Positions 1 to 8,668 of a stretch of 22,649 nucleotides of DNA are shown here, in pieces; positions within the stretch are counted from its first letter, which is position 1, and each line of letters begins with the position of its first letter. Source of the DNA: an uncultured Oligoflexus sp. (GTDB lineage: Bacteria; Bdellovibrionota_B; Oligoflexia; Oligoflexales; Oligoflexaceae). The stretch lies in contig CAXSGP010000079.1 of the NCBI GenBank assembly GCA_964236955.1, positions 1 through 22,649 on the forward strand, in the 5' to 3' direction. Position numbers and translations under genes: made by a program. The notes beneath the pieces were generated by a model. The model was not told the DNA's origin and ran no database searches. It was given only the letters and a program-made list of their open reading frames with translations.

Positions 1-121
1 TTTCCTTCTCTATCATGTCTGGCGAATTGCATGTGAGTTTTTCCATTTTCATCGTCGTTTTGATATTTCGCAGATCGAGTCCGACATGCCGTCGATCATC
101 ATACAATTGCTTTACATTCTT
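1..121 (-). pseudogene. Degenerate IS4-family (DDE) transposase fragment, running off the left edge
   Basis: My translation of the minus strand gives KNVKQLYDDRRHVGLDLRNIKTTMKMEKLTCNSPDMIEKE. This resembles the IS4 Y-x2-R-x3-E-x6-K region (LYxxRWxVELDLRxIKTTxxMExLxCxxPxMxEKE). W is replaced by R (CGG) and the catalytic E by G (GGA). There is an in-frame TGA upstream at 178-176. Confidence 0.75.
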
Positions 122-468
122 CTCAATTCCTAACTCTCTCCACCAAATGAGTATCGAGCGCGCAAAGGCTATAGGTCAAAGGCCGGGGCAAAGGTCACGA
201 TTACCCCAACGGCTACGGCTATGAATAAGCCTAATCTACAGTTTGCATGAGGTCAGCTAAGCACTATCATTGATTCGTAATTTCTCTTTAAAAGAATCGA
301 ACGCCATTTGAATCTTTGTAGTTTTGCCCGCAACCCGCATTCCCGTTGCCGTTTAAACCAAATGTTTATTCTTCATAATATCCGCTAGTTAATAGGAATT
401 ATGACTCTCCGAAAAACCCAAAAGAGCAATTCCAACCTCAGGTAAGATTCACCCCAAAAAATAAATAT

Positions 469-496
469 TAAAGTTTCAACCCGATTCAGCCGACAA
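469..496 (+). promoter_or_regulatory. Sigma28/FliA-like promoter upstream of the cytochrome c lipoprotein
   Basis: TAAAGTTT (469-476)-N12-GCCGACAA (489-496), compared with the consensus TAAAGTTT-N11-GCCGATAA. The spacer is 1 nt long. It lies 55 nt upstream of the ATG at 552. Confidence 0.55.
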
Positions 497-551
497 GCGG
501 CCACCTGACGGTGAGTCGTTCCCGCCAGGACTTTGTTGTCGAGGAGTTATC

Positions 552-1088
552 ATGAAGTTGATCCTGTCTGCTGTTACTGCTGTTCTTGTCGGTGCCTTGA
601 CCGTCACGTCCTGTTCCGATCATAAAACCGTCGCTGCTGATTATGTGGCAAGAAATGATGCCCATACAGCTACGGATCTTAAGCCCTCCGCTTCGGGTGA
701 TGCTTCTACAGCCAAGGCTAAAGATAAAGACCCACCAGCGGCACCAGAAACCAATGGGGGTGCAGAGCCGGTGACCCCTCCGACTCCCAAGGCCAAGGAA
801 GCTGCCAAGGAACCAGCGAAGCCAGCCGAGACTAAAGCTCCGGCCGCCGGCATCAATTTTGCTACCGTAAATAGCAAAATTTTCAGCCAATGCGTGGGCT
901 GTCACAATGCTAGTTTGACTTTGGGTGGGGTGAATCTAGAAGACTATGCAAAGGTTAAGGCAGTAGCCGCAAAAATCAAGGCAGTAGCAATCGGCCCCAA
1001 AGCATCAATGCCTACATCCGGCCCCCTCCCCGAGGCCGATCAAAAGCTTTTGGGCGATTGGATCGCTGCCGGCACCCCTGAGAAATGA
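552..1088 (+). CDS. Lipoprotein with a long Pro/Ala/Lys-rich linker and a C-terminal monoheme c-type cytochrome domain
   Basis: SD GAGGAG at 541-546. Signal peptide with lipobox-like VTSC. Heme motif CVGCH, likely axial Met in ASMP, and a terminal WIAAG helix. A terminator follows. Confidence 0.85.
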   Translation: MKLILSAVTAVLVGALTVTSCSDHKTVAADYVARNDAHTATDLKPSASGDASTAKAKDKDPPAAPETNGGAEPVTPPTPKAKEAAKEPAKPAETKAPAAGINFATVNSKIFSQCVGCHNASLTLGGVNLEDYAKVKAVAAKIKAVAIGPKASMPTSGPLPEADQKLLGDWIAAGTPEK

Positions 1089-1113
1089 GTCCAGCTTATA
1101 AGTAGAGCCTAGG

Positions 1114-1138
1114 CCCCAACCGCTCGTTGGGGTTTTTT
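1114..1138 (+). terminator. Rho-independent terminator
   Basis: CCCCAAC-cgctc-GTTGGGG followed by TTTTTT, between convergent genes. Confidence 0.85.
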
Positions 1139-1168
1139 GCGTTTTGCCACCGGCGAATATCCGTCGCT

Positions 1169-1612
1169 TCACTGGCAGCGAAACTCGAGTGTATATTCAT
1201 AACCCTTCCCCGTAATGCTCTCCTGGTCGCTATCCTCTCCTCCCACCATCACCGCACTGCCGGGAACGTTGGTGCCCTTGTCCTTCTTAGGCAGAATCTT
1301 TGGCGTCAATTGATTGGCCTTCTTGATTTCAGCTTCAGCCTTCCTATCGCTATAAGCCTCTTCCCCCATCGATCCCACGTAGTTGAAGTTTTCGCTCACA
1401 AGAAGCGCATGATTGCGATTCACTTTGGAACAAAACGCTTCCGCCTGCCTCATACCGTCAAGATTCCCGTCGCCTTTTCGCGCGATGAGAAAAGAGATCG
1501 TGTTGAGGCCGTCGGGACTTTTACGAACATCGGGAAAGCTTGCACAGGATGTCAGGCACTGGCTCAATATGAGGGTCAGGCTAAGAGAAAAAATGCAGGA
1601 AGAATTCATCAC
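1169..1612 (-). CDS. Hypothetical lipoprotein with a probable disulfide-bonded small domain
   Basis: Hydrophobic N-terminus with lipobox LTSC. Two Cys in the mature part (AEAFC and the C-terminal LEFRCQ). The start could be the ATG at 1609. Confidence 0.75.
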   Translation of the reverse strand: MMNSSCIFSLSLTLILSQCLTSCASFPDVRKSPDGLNTISFLIARKGDGNLDGMRQAEAFCSKVNRNHALLVSENFNYVGSMGEEAYSDRKAEAEIKKANQLTPKILPKKDKGTNVPGSAVMVGGEDSDQESITGKGYEYTLEFRCQ

Positions 1613-1661
1613 TGGGGAACCTCGCTTTTATCATGGTCCCCTCGAGATTAGCAGACAATAG

Positions 1662-1868
1662 CTATCCGTTCAATTGCGCCGCGACATCTTCAAGACCAGA
1701 ATCAACAACGATATAACGACGCTCGGAATTCGTCAAAGGCACGAGATAAATGCGCGATCGTTCGGCCCGGTCATGATCCTCGACGAAGACCACCTGATCG
1801 ATGTTGACGAATATAGGCGAGACGCGGCCATCAGCGTGGCAAAGATCGAAGGGCACAAATTTAGGCAT
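1662..1868 (-). CDS. Small hypothetical protein, possibly FlbD/SwrD-like
   Basis: 68 aa with AAGGAAA upstream. The pattern PIFVNIDQVVFVE...IYL...YIVVDSGLEDVAAQL resembles FlbD-type small beta proteins. Confidence 0.6.
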   Translation of the reverse strand: MPKFVPFDLCHADGRVSPIFVNIDQVVFVEDHDRAERSRIYLVPLTNSERRYIVVDSGLEDVAAQLNG

Positions 1869-1976
1869 AGTACTTTCATTTCCTTAGAAGTCATCGTGCT
1901 CGGCATTCTAAATGTTCGATAGGCAAGGCGGGGTGCCATAAGGCACGCCGAAAGCGAGGCTGGAGAACCGCATTCC

Positions 1977-3443
1977 TCAAGCACCGGGCCTAGCGTATGA
2001 ACTAATCACTTCACACAGGAGTGTCCAGAACTTTTCAACACTTTGAATCTGAACGCTTTCCGCTGGGGAATGAGCGTTCCGAATCGTGGGCCCAAAGGAG
2101 ACCATATCGATGCCGGGAATTTTCTCGCCAATGATTCCGCACTCCAGACCGGCATGGATCGCCTTGACCTCAGCTTTTTTATGGAAGATCTTTTCGTGAG
2201 TATTTGCAACAACTTGCAGAACCCCAGAGGCTAGGTTTGGGGTCCATCCCGGATAGCCGGTTGAGAATTCAACCTCGCCTCCCGCCAGATTTAAAAGTGA
2301 GGCTACCGAATGAGACGCATAGGCTAATTCTGACGCCACCGAACTCCGCTGCGCGGTCGACAGGGTGATGTGTTTACGCCCCGTGTTCAAAACTCCAAAA
2401 TTGGTGGAGGTCTGCACCAGCCCGGGAATCTCATGATTCATCTTGATGATCCCATGAGGAATCGCATCGATAAGCCGCAAGAGTCGCTTCTGCAAGGTCC
2501 TTTTAAAAACCTTGCCTTTTTTTGGGCCCTCACCTATCCATTCGGTTTGCAGGTCAGGGTCGGCAAAAGAATATTCAGCTTTGAGTTTCACGGTGAAATC
2601 GGCGAAACGTTCCTCAGCCAAGGCCCATTTTCCGTTCGGAATATAACCATAGGCGACCGCCTCCCGGGGTATGGCATTGCGCTTATTGCCGCCGGATAGG
2701 CTGCCCAAACGCATACCAAGCTTTTCCACCTCCAAAAGAATGCGCCCCAGAATCTTGATGGCATTGCCGCGCTGCTTATCGATATCAAGCCCGGAATGAC
2801 CACCCCTTAGGCCTTTTACACGGAGACTGAAGGCCTGCATCTTCTCCGGCAGATCTTCAACCTGGAGATCCCACTTCGCCATCGTATCGCGCCCGCCCGA
2901 ACAGCCGACATAAAGAGCGCCTTCCTCCTCACTGTCGAGATTGAGAAGAATGCGGCTTTGAACCAGGTCCGGATCGAGATTTTTAGCACCCGCCAGGCCG
3001 CTTTCCTCATCGACGGTAAGCAGGAATTCAAGAGGTCCATGCACGAGAGTGTGATCTTCCAGAAGGGCCAGCATCGCCGCTACTCCCACGCCGTTGTCAG
3101 CACCCAGAGTCGTTCCTCTGGCATGAATGGTGTCGCCATCCTTTTCCAGCTGAATGCCTTCCTTCATAAAATCATGTTTGATGTCGGAATTCTTTTCACA
3201 AACCATATCAAGATGGCCCTGCATGCAGACCGAAGGGGCATGCTCCATGCCGGGAGTCGCCGGCAGGCTCAAAAGCATATTGCCGACCCTGTCGGTCCTG
3301 ATATCAATACCATTGCGACTGGCAAGCTCGTGAATATAACGGGATAGGGCCGCTTCATGTTTTGAAGGTCTTGGAATGGCGGCGATCGCTTCAAAATGTT
3401 TCCAAAGCAGACTCGGCTGCAAACCTGCTAATGCTTCCGTCAT
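1977..3443 (-). CDS. pepD: Aminoacyl-histidine dipeptidase (peptidase D, M20C)
   Basis: Motifs IPRPSKHE, QGHLDMVCEK, TTLGADNG, TVDEESG, NLDSEE, GGHSG, IHAGLECG and AHSPAE. SD AGGAG upstream. Confidence 0.95.
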   Translation of the reverse strand: MTEALAGLQPSLLWKHFEAIAAIPRPSKHEAALSRYIHELASRNGIDIRTDRVGNMLLSLPATPGMEHAPSVCMQGHLDMVCEKNSDIKHDFMKEGIQLEKDGDTIHARGTTLGADNGVGVAAMLALLEDHTLVHGPLEFLLTVDEESGLAGAKNLDPDLVQSRILLNLDSEEEGALYVGCSGGRDTMAKWDLQVEDLPEKMQAFSLRVKGLRGGHSGLDIDKQRGNAIKILGRILLEVEKLGMRLGSLSGGNKRNAIPREAVAYGYIPNGKWALAEERFADFTVKLKAEYSFADPDLQTEWIGEGPKKGKVFKRTLQKRLLRLIDAIPHGIIKMNHEIPGLVQTSTNFGVLNTGRKHITLSTAQRSSVASELAYASHSVASLLNLAGGEVEFSTGYPGWTPNLASGVLQVVANTHEKIFHKKAEVKAIHAGLECGIIGEKIPGIDMVSFGPTIRNAHSPAESVQIQSVEKFWTLLCEVISSYARPGA

Positions 3444-3701
3444 GGCTCTAAACTCCTATGACTCACTCTGCATAGTCTGATCAGAGTTTCAGGCCTCTGA
3501 CACTTACAGTCTCGAGGGTACGCCTTCACATTTGGGCCTGCAAGCATCTATGGCTCGACTTGGAACGACACAATTTCTAAAAATCGGCGTCCCCAGGCAT
3601 CCGCTGACGGTTTAGCCTATAAAAGGCGTAGGCAGAGAACAAAAAGCCCTCTCTTGATTATCAAAGCGACATAGCTCAGCTTGGACTTCCCAGTGATCCT
3701 G

Positions 3702-5627
3702 TTAAAAACTCTTACTCAGTTCGATATGCATCAGCGAGGATTCAATGGCGCGGGGATTGGTATCCTGAAAGATTGGGTCATTAATATCAATCCCGTCATA
3801 CTTATAATGCCCAATTGCATAATTTACTTTAATACGTATCCAGTCGATGAGCACGACGAGCATACCCAGCTGGCTAAAGCTTTGTTTGACATCCGATCTA
3901 TATTCTTTCACCACATCACCGGTGACTTCATCCCGACTTCGGAACACATATCCCGACAGGCTCTGCGTACCACCCGCTGCCGTCAAACTCACGGTATCCC
4001 AGAGGGGAAAACTGATTGCGAACATCCGTTTATTGGCCTCCTTGGCCACCGACTCCACCTCATCGACGGGATTCAGGCGTTCGAGCGGCTTTGTGGACTG
4101 GCGGGAGGTGTAGTCATAGGACATTCGAAAGGTCATGTCTCCCAAGGTGATTTCGCCGGACGCACCAAATTTGGCTTCTGAGGAAAAGCCCACGTGATAT
4201 TTAAAGCGACTATCGACGATATTCATACGGTTATTATCGAAGGAGGTGAACGCGGTATTATCGGTGCGCCATGACTGGGCATTTACGCGTAAATTTATCT
4301 CGCCGAGATGCTGGTTGACATCCGCTTTTAAGAGAACGTCATTGGCAATGGTGGGCTCCTCCTGATCAAAAGGCTGCTGCAGGGCAATCTCCAGCCCACC
4401 ATCGGTTTCCTTGCCTTCGGCCCGCAGCTTGATGAAGCCTTCGGACTGACCCCAGCTCGTCGCCGATTTAAAATTCGGCAGCATCACCGTGTAGCGGGCA
4501 CCCAATTCGCCGCGCAGGGAGGGAGTCAACTCAAGATTGAAAAGAGGGTGAAAATTGACAAAGAAATTTTCTTCGGAGCCCTCCTGTTTTTCCTCGCTTA
4601 AAAAATCGCCGTCAATGCCCGGCAAGACAAAAGATCGGCTGTGCGCCGTCTTCACATCATATCCTGCAAATCCCAGGCCGAACTCCATACTGCCAAAACT
4701 CGCGTCATTGGCATCCCCATCCGCATACGCTCGAATCCCGACTCGATGAGCAACTAAATCGGCAGCATCAATTCCGTGTGCACGATTCAAATTCTGAGTG
4801 CTTTCCTGTCTCAACACCGCGCCCGGCTTCCACTTGATGCCCCAGCTGGGCGAAGCCGAATTGCTCTTCCACGAGTCCTCGACCTGGGGTCCGCCGAAGT
4901 CGGCAGGAACAGTATTCTGGGTTCGGGATTCATTTTCCTCACCGATGAAACTTGATAAAAGCTCATCGTGCTTTTGCCGGATTTCGGCCAGATACTTTTG
5001 CCTCTCCAGGCGCTGGGCTTTGGGTAGAGACTTGGCGGGCGTCGCCTGAAAGTAACGTTCGGCACGGGTGAATTGAGAGAGCTTGAAGAAACACACGGCC
5101 ACCATGTGGCGGGTGAGCGGCCGGTTCGGACCATTGAGCTTGAGGTTGGCGCGGAGGCCTTTCAAGGCTTTCGAATATTCTTCGGAATCGAGATAGGTGG
5201 CGCCATAGGCATAGGCTGTTTCTTTGCTGAGGGTTGCCTCGCCAGCCTTTTCAAAGTAATCTTTTGCCTCGCTCAATTTTTTCTTTTGAAAATACATGGT
5301 GCCGATGAGAAGGTCGGCTTTGCCTTTCTGGCTTTCGTCTTTCGATAGGTTCTTCAAAATCTTTACGGCATCGCTAAAGCGCCCCGCTTTGAAGAGGCTT
5401 AGACCGGTCTCGTATTCGGGGTCGGGGGCCTGGCTTTTTGCAGGGGCTGCCAGAGGGGCCGCACTGCTGTTCTTCTCAGCTGGCAGGGCCGGCGTTGCTT
5501 CGCCCGACGGGGATGGGCCGGGTGAGTCGGCGGCAAGTAAAGGCTGGGTTTTAGCCAACGCCAGAGTTCCAATAAAAGTTGCCGCTCGCCATAGCCAGAC
5601 CGCTCTCGTAGGCCACCACATGGTCAT
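3702..5627 (-). CDS. Outer-membrane protein with N-terminal TPR repeats and a C-terminal beta-barrel
   Basis: Signal peptide, Pro/Ala linker, TPR-like helices (YETGLSLFKAGRFSDAV; LLIGTMYFQKKKLSEAKDYFEKA), amphipathic strands, and a C-terminal beta-signal IELSKSF. Confidence 0.75.
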   Translation of the reverse strand: MTMWWPTRAVWLWRAATFIGTLALAKTQPLLAADSPGPSPSGEATPALPAEKNSSAAPLAAPAKSQAPDPEYETGLSLFKAGRFSDAVKILKNLSKDESQKGKADLLIGTMYFQKKKLSEAKDYFEKAGEATLSKETAYAYGATYLDSEEYSKALKGLRANLKLNGPNRPLTRHMVAVCFFKLSQFTRAERYFQATPAKSLPKAQRLERQKYLAEIRQKHDELLSSFIGEENESRTQNTVPADFGGPQVEDSWKSNSASPSWGIKWKPGAVLRQESTQNLNRAHGIDAADLVAHRVGIRAYADGDANDASFGSMEFGLGFAGYDVKTAHSRSFVLPGIDGDFLSEEKQEGSEENFFVNFHPLFNLELTPSLRGELGARYTVMLPNFKSATSWGQSEGFIKLRAEGKETDGGLEIALQQPFDQEEPTIANDVLLKADVNQHLGEINLRVNAQSWRTDNTAFTSFDNNRMNIVDSRFKYHVGFSSEAKFGASGEITLGDMTFRMSYDYTSRQSTKPLERLNPVDEVESVAKEANKRMFAISFPLWDTVSLTAAGGTQSLSGYVFRSRDEVTGDVVKEYRSDVKQSFSQLGMLVVLIDWIRIKVNYAIGHYKYDGIDINDPIFQDTNPRAIESSLMHIELSKSF

Positions 5628-5631
5628 ATCC

Positions 5632-6939
5632 TCAGGGTTCGAAGTGGACGCCTGGATAGCGCTTTTGAATCGCGGATTTAGCGGCCTTTACATTGCCTTT
5701 TTGGACGATGACTTCCTGATAGAATTTAATTTCCTCCTCGTATTCGAGGAATAGCTCATCGGCCTTGGAACCGTAACTTGTCAGGAGTCCCTGCAGCTCC
5801 CGGACATTGGCTTCGGAGAGTTGGGGTTCAACGGTGAGAATAGCCATGCGTCGCACGATGGACATTGTTTCAAAAAAATCCTGCCAGCCGCCGCGGACCT
5901 TGACTGAATTGAAGCAGTTTTTCAAATCATCGTCCTGATGCGCATCCTCAAGACAGCTCATGGCCCAAAGTGTTCCCGACATTTCGTATTCGGCGGAAGG
6001 AGAGGTCCCGGCGATGGCACCGAGCTGCCAACGCAAACGGGAGAGGAATACCTTCCCCTCCGTACTGGAATCTTCCGCGCTAAGCTTGACCAAAGATTTG
6101 AGAGCCGTCCGCAGACAGGCTTCATGAAAGGACCCGGGCTCCTCCCAGCCAGGCATCGGCGAACGCTTTTTGATCCAGTGTGAATCCATCATGAGGATGC
6201 GCGACCATTCTTCCCTTGGGGGGCGCCGTCCCTCGATAAAGCCCGTCCAGTTCGGTCGCGACTCGCGCCATCGGGTATCCCAGGCATTCACCGAGCAATC
6301 GATGGGCAAGAAACCTTCGGCATTGCCCTTGAGTTTTTTCGCATTGAGCCCCTCCCATTTCCCGTCTCGCGAAAAAGCCACCGCACGCACATAGGGCAGC
6401 CATTGGTAATAACCCTTCTTTTTCTTCATCAGTTCATTGATTTCATGACGATTGCGATCCATAAACCCTTCAAATCGAGCATTATAGTGATCGCCAAGAA
6501 AATATTTGGCCTGATAGTAGCTACGATCCCGCATGTAAAGAACAGGATTCACAAATTCGCCGTCCCGAAAGCTCACCAATCCGAGGATCGCGAGGATCGT
6601 GATCAGTAAAAATCCGCTGATATAGAAGGCACGGGACGACGATGCCGGGGGCTTATTGAAGCCTGTCCCGATACGATTGCGTGCATTCGGGCTAGCGTTG
6701 GGAGCCACCGTCATGCCCCAGCCCGACATCATTTCACTATGAATGAGCTGTACCAATTCTGGGTAATGGCGTCGAATACCCTCGATATTATCGAGCGTGA
6801 CCCATTGCCTTAATCCCCCAGAGATTTCATCCTGAAGACCGAACTGCATCTTTTGATAGGCTTCCTGCACCTGCTTTAAGGTGAAAGGCCCTAAGAAGCG
6901 TTCCATGCCCACGCGGATGAGGTACAGACGCTCCATCAA
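5632..6939 (-). CDS. Single-pass membrane protein with an N-terminal GYF_2-like domain
   Basis: The N-terminal FLGPFTLKQV...QWVTL fits the GYF_2 pattern (GPF...W). One TM segment (FYISGFLLITILAILGLVSF) is followed by a helical Cys/Trp-rich region. 4-nt overlap with the PP2C gene. Confidence 0.7.
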   Translation of the reverse strand: MMERLYLIRVGMERFLGPFTLKQVQEAYQKMQFGLQDEISGGLRQWVTLDNIEGIRRHYPELVQLIHSEMMSGWGMTVAPNASPNARNRIGTGFNKPPASSSRAFYISGFLLITILAILGLVSFRDGEFVNPVLYMRDRSYYQAKYFLGDHYNARFEGFMDRNRHEINELMKKKKGYYQWLPYVRAVAFSRDGKWEGLNAKKLKGNAEGFLPIDCSVNAWDTRWRESRPNWTGFIEGRRPPREEWSRILMMDSHWIKKRSPMPGWEEPGSFHEACLRTALKSLVKLSAEDSSTEGKVFLSRLRWQLGAIAGTSPSAEYEMSGTLWAMSCLEDAHQDDDLKNCFNSVKVRGGWQDFFETMSIVRRMAILTVEPQLSEANVRELQGLLTSYGSKADELFLEYEEEIKFYQEVIVQKGNVKAAKSAIQKRYPGVHFEP

Positions 6940-7676
6940 TCCCTCGCCACGTGGGAAATCACAACCGTTATATTATCTTGCCCACCCGCTTCATTCGCTT
7001 CGGAAATGAGGCGTTGGGGCAGCTCATAGAGCCGGTCTTCGTATTCTTTGATGATACGCAGTATTTTTTTGTCGTTCACCATACCCGTCAAGCCATCAGA
7101 ACAGGTCAACAGAATCTCGCCGGGCTGAAGTTTGAGCTCATAGATATCCACCTCACACTGGGTCGAAAGTCCAAGCGCACGAACCAAAGCGCCTTTTTTC
7201 GGGTTAGCAGCCAAAGTACCATCGGGAAGCCAGCCGCGTTCCACATAATTTTCCACGTTGTGGTCGAGGGTGAGCTGCCAGAGATTATTTTTAAAATAGA
7301 GATAGGTGCGGGAATCGCCCATGTGACAGATAAAGGCCTTTTCCCCGACGAAAAGGATACAGTTTAAGGTCGTAGCCATGCCCTCGACAGCGGATCCCAT
7401 TCCCTTGTTAATGATCTCTTTGTTGACCTGGTCGATGCTTTGGATGAGGAAGGGCTCAACCTCTTCATGTCTGAGGCTTTCGCAGTTCAGATAGGCTTGC
7501 TTGATGCCATTCACCGCAAGCGAGGACGCAACTTCGCCGCCTTTTCTCCCGCCAATGCCATCGGCAACGATCAAAAGACCTAACTCGGCATTGAAGAATA
7601 GGCTGTCCTGGTTGTTCTTTCGAACCCGCCCCATATCTGTTGCACCGAACATTTCGATTCGCAAGTTGCACCCCAC
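6936..7676 (-). CDS. PP2C/PPM-family Ser/Thr protein phosphatase (Stp1/PrpC-like)
   Basis: Motifs TDMGRVRKNNQDS, VADGIGG, HMGDSRTY, LTLDH, CSDGL and GGQDNIT. GTG start with AGGA upstream. Confidence 0.95.
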   Translation of the reverse strand: MGCNLRIEMFGATDMGRVRKNNQDSLFFNAELGLLIVADGIGGRKGGEVASSLAVNGIKQAYLNCESLRHEEVEPFLIQSIDQVNKEIINKGMGSAVEGMATTLNCILFVGEKAFICHMGDSRTYLYFKNNLWQLTLDHNVENYVERGWLPDGTLAANPKKGALVRALGLSTQCEVDIYELKLQPGEILLTCSDGLTGMVNDKKILRIIKEYEDRLYELPQRLISEANEAGGQDNITVVISHVARD

Positions 7677-7691
7677 TTGTTCCTGGGGGTG

Positions 7692-7718
7692 CTATCGGTC
7701 GGAAATGACTGGAATTTA
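7692..7718 (-). promoter_or_regulatory. Sigma28/FliA-like promoter for the PP2C operon
   Basis: The minus strand reads TAAA-N15-ACCGATAG, 15 nt upstream of the GTG at 7676. Confidence 0.6.
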
Positions 7719-7807
7719 AGAAAGAGTCCCTAAAAAGGCTTTGACACTTTGCCGAAATGGAAAGATTAGGTTGCTTTTTTCGGATCCTTAGGAAAATCCA
7801 ATGGGAC

Positions 7808-8668
7808 TTAGTTTAAGATTGCTGGGTCCGTTTCGGGGCTGGGATCCAGCTCCGGGAGGTATACCCAACCCTGGTCCTCGAAAAACTGATTTTCCGGCCT
7901 CGAGACGAGTCCCCCCCTCTCCAGTCCAGCCATGACAGCCGCAATAAAAGCACTAAATGTTTCCACTGAGGCCGTGACTTCGTCCATCATGTGGCCATCG
8001 ACGATATCGGCTTCGATCAAAGCCCGTATCAACTTTTGCCGTTGCTCGCGCCCTATTCCAAAGGCGCGATATTGATAGCCAAGCTCGCTTGGCAGTTCGA
8101 GCTGCTCGACCAATACCGACAATACATGGGGTACCGACGTCTCATAGAGCTGGATCGGATTGTCAAGACTGCGCAGACGTTTCTGCAAGGTCATCGAGCG
8201 CACCACGAGCGGAGCCTTATTTGCACTATAGGTAGGCTCCTGCAGGGATGGATGCCATTCATACCATTCCCTCACATCCCAGATACGCTGAGTTTGGGGA
8301 TTCATCGGTTTTTTCTTCTTTTTGCCGCGCTGCGTGTCGACGAGCTTTTGCATATAGGCGACGGCGATATCCTCGCAGGCATTGACACCCGGACAGGAGC
8401 TGCGCGTACAGGCAACGCAGGGCGGCACCGTTAAAGGACTATCTATCATGACTCGATCCGGTCTCTCAGCTCGTAAGACTTCGAACAATCTATCGTCCGA
8501 AAACAGCCTATTGACAGTACCCATACGGTCGTAAATGCAGCTTATCTTTAAGTTGCCTTCACCCAGGTGACCTGTCATGATCACGAGAGTCGTTTTTGTC
8601 GAATTGGGACCTGCCAGATGGATCCCTGCTACCTTGGCCTTTAACTGATTCTGCATGACGTCCTTCAT
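7808..8668 (-). CDS. DUF429-like (RNase H-fold) protein with a four-Cys cluster
   Basis: VAGIHLAG, MIDSPL and LYETS resemble the DUF429 motifs GIDLA, IDAPL and ExyP. Contains CxxC-x4-C-x5-C. Alternative start ATG at 8656 (GAAGGA upstream). Confidence 0.7.
   Translation of the reverse strand: MKDVMQNQLKAKVAGIHLAGPNSTKTTLVIMTGHLGEGNLKISCIYDRMGTVNRLFSDDRLFEVLRAERPDRVMIDSPLTVPPCVACTRSSCPGVNACEDIAVAYMQKLVDTQRGKKKKKPMNPQTQRIWDVREWYEWHPSLQEPTYSANKAPLVVRSMTLQKRLRSLDNPIQLYETSVPHVLSVLVEQLELPSELGYQYRAFGIGREQRQKLIRALIEADIVDGHMMDEVTASVETFSAFIAAVMAGLERGGLVSRPENQFFEDQGWVYLPELDPSPETDPAILN

Noticed and set aside
15..224. 69-aa plus-strand ORF
   Set aside because: It lies antisense to the transposase relic and has no SD or recognisable motif.
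159..231. GCGCAAAGGCTATAGGTC...CTATGAATAAGCC, resembling the 3' half of a c-di-GMP-I riboswitch
   Set aside because: There is no upstream GGCAAA/GNRA-tetraloop P2 stem and no P1 closure, and it is far from the next gene. An Rfam cmscan would settle it.
7741..7770. Perfect TTGACA on the plus strand
   Set aside because: There is no good -10 at 16-18 nt, and it points antisense into the DUF429-like gene.
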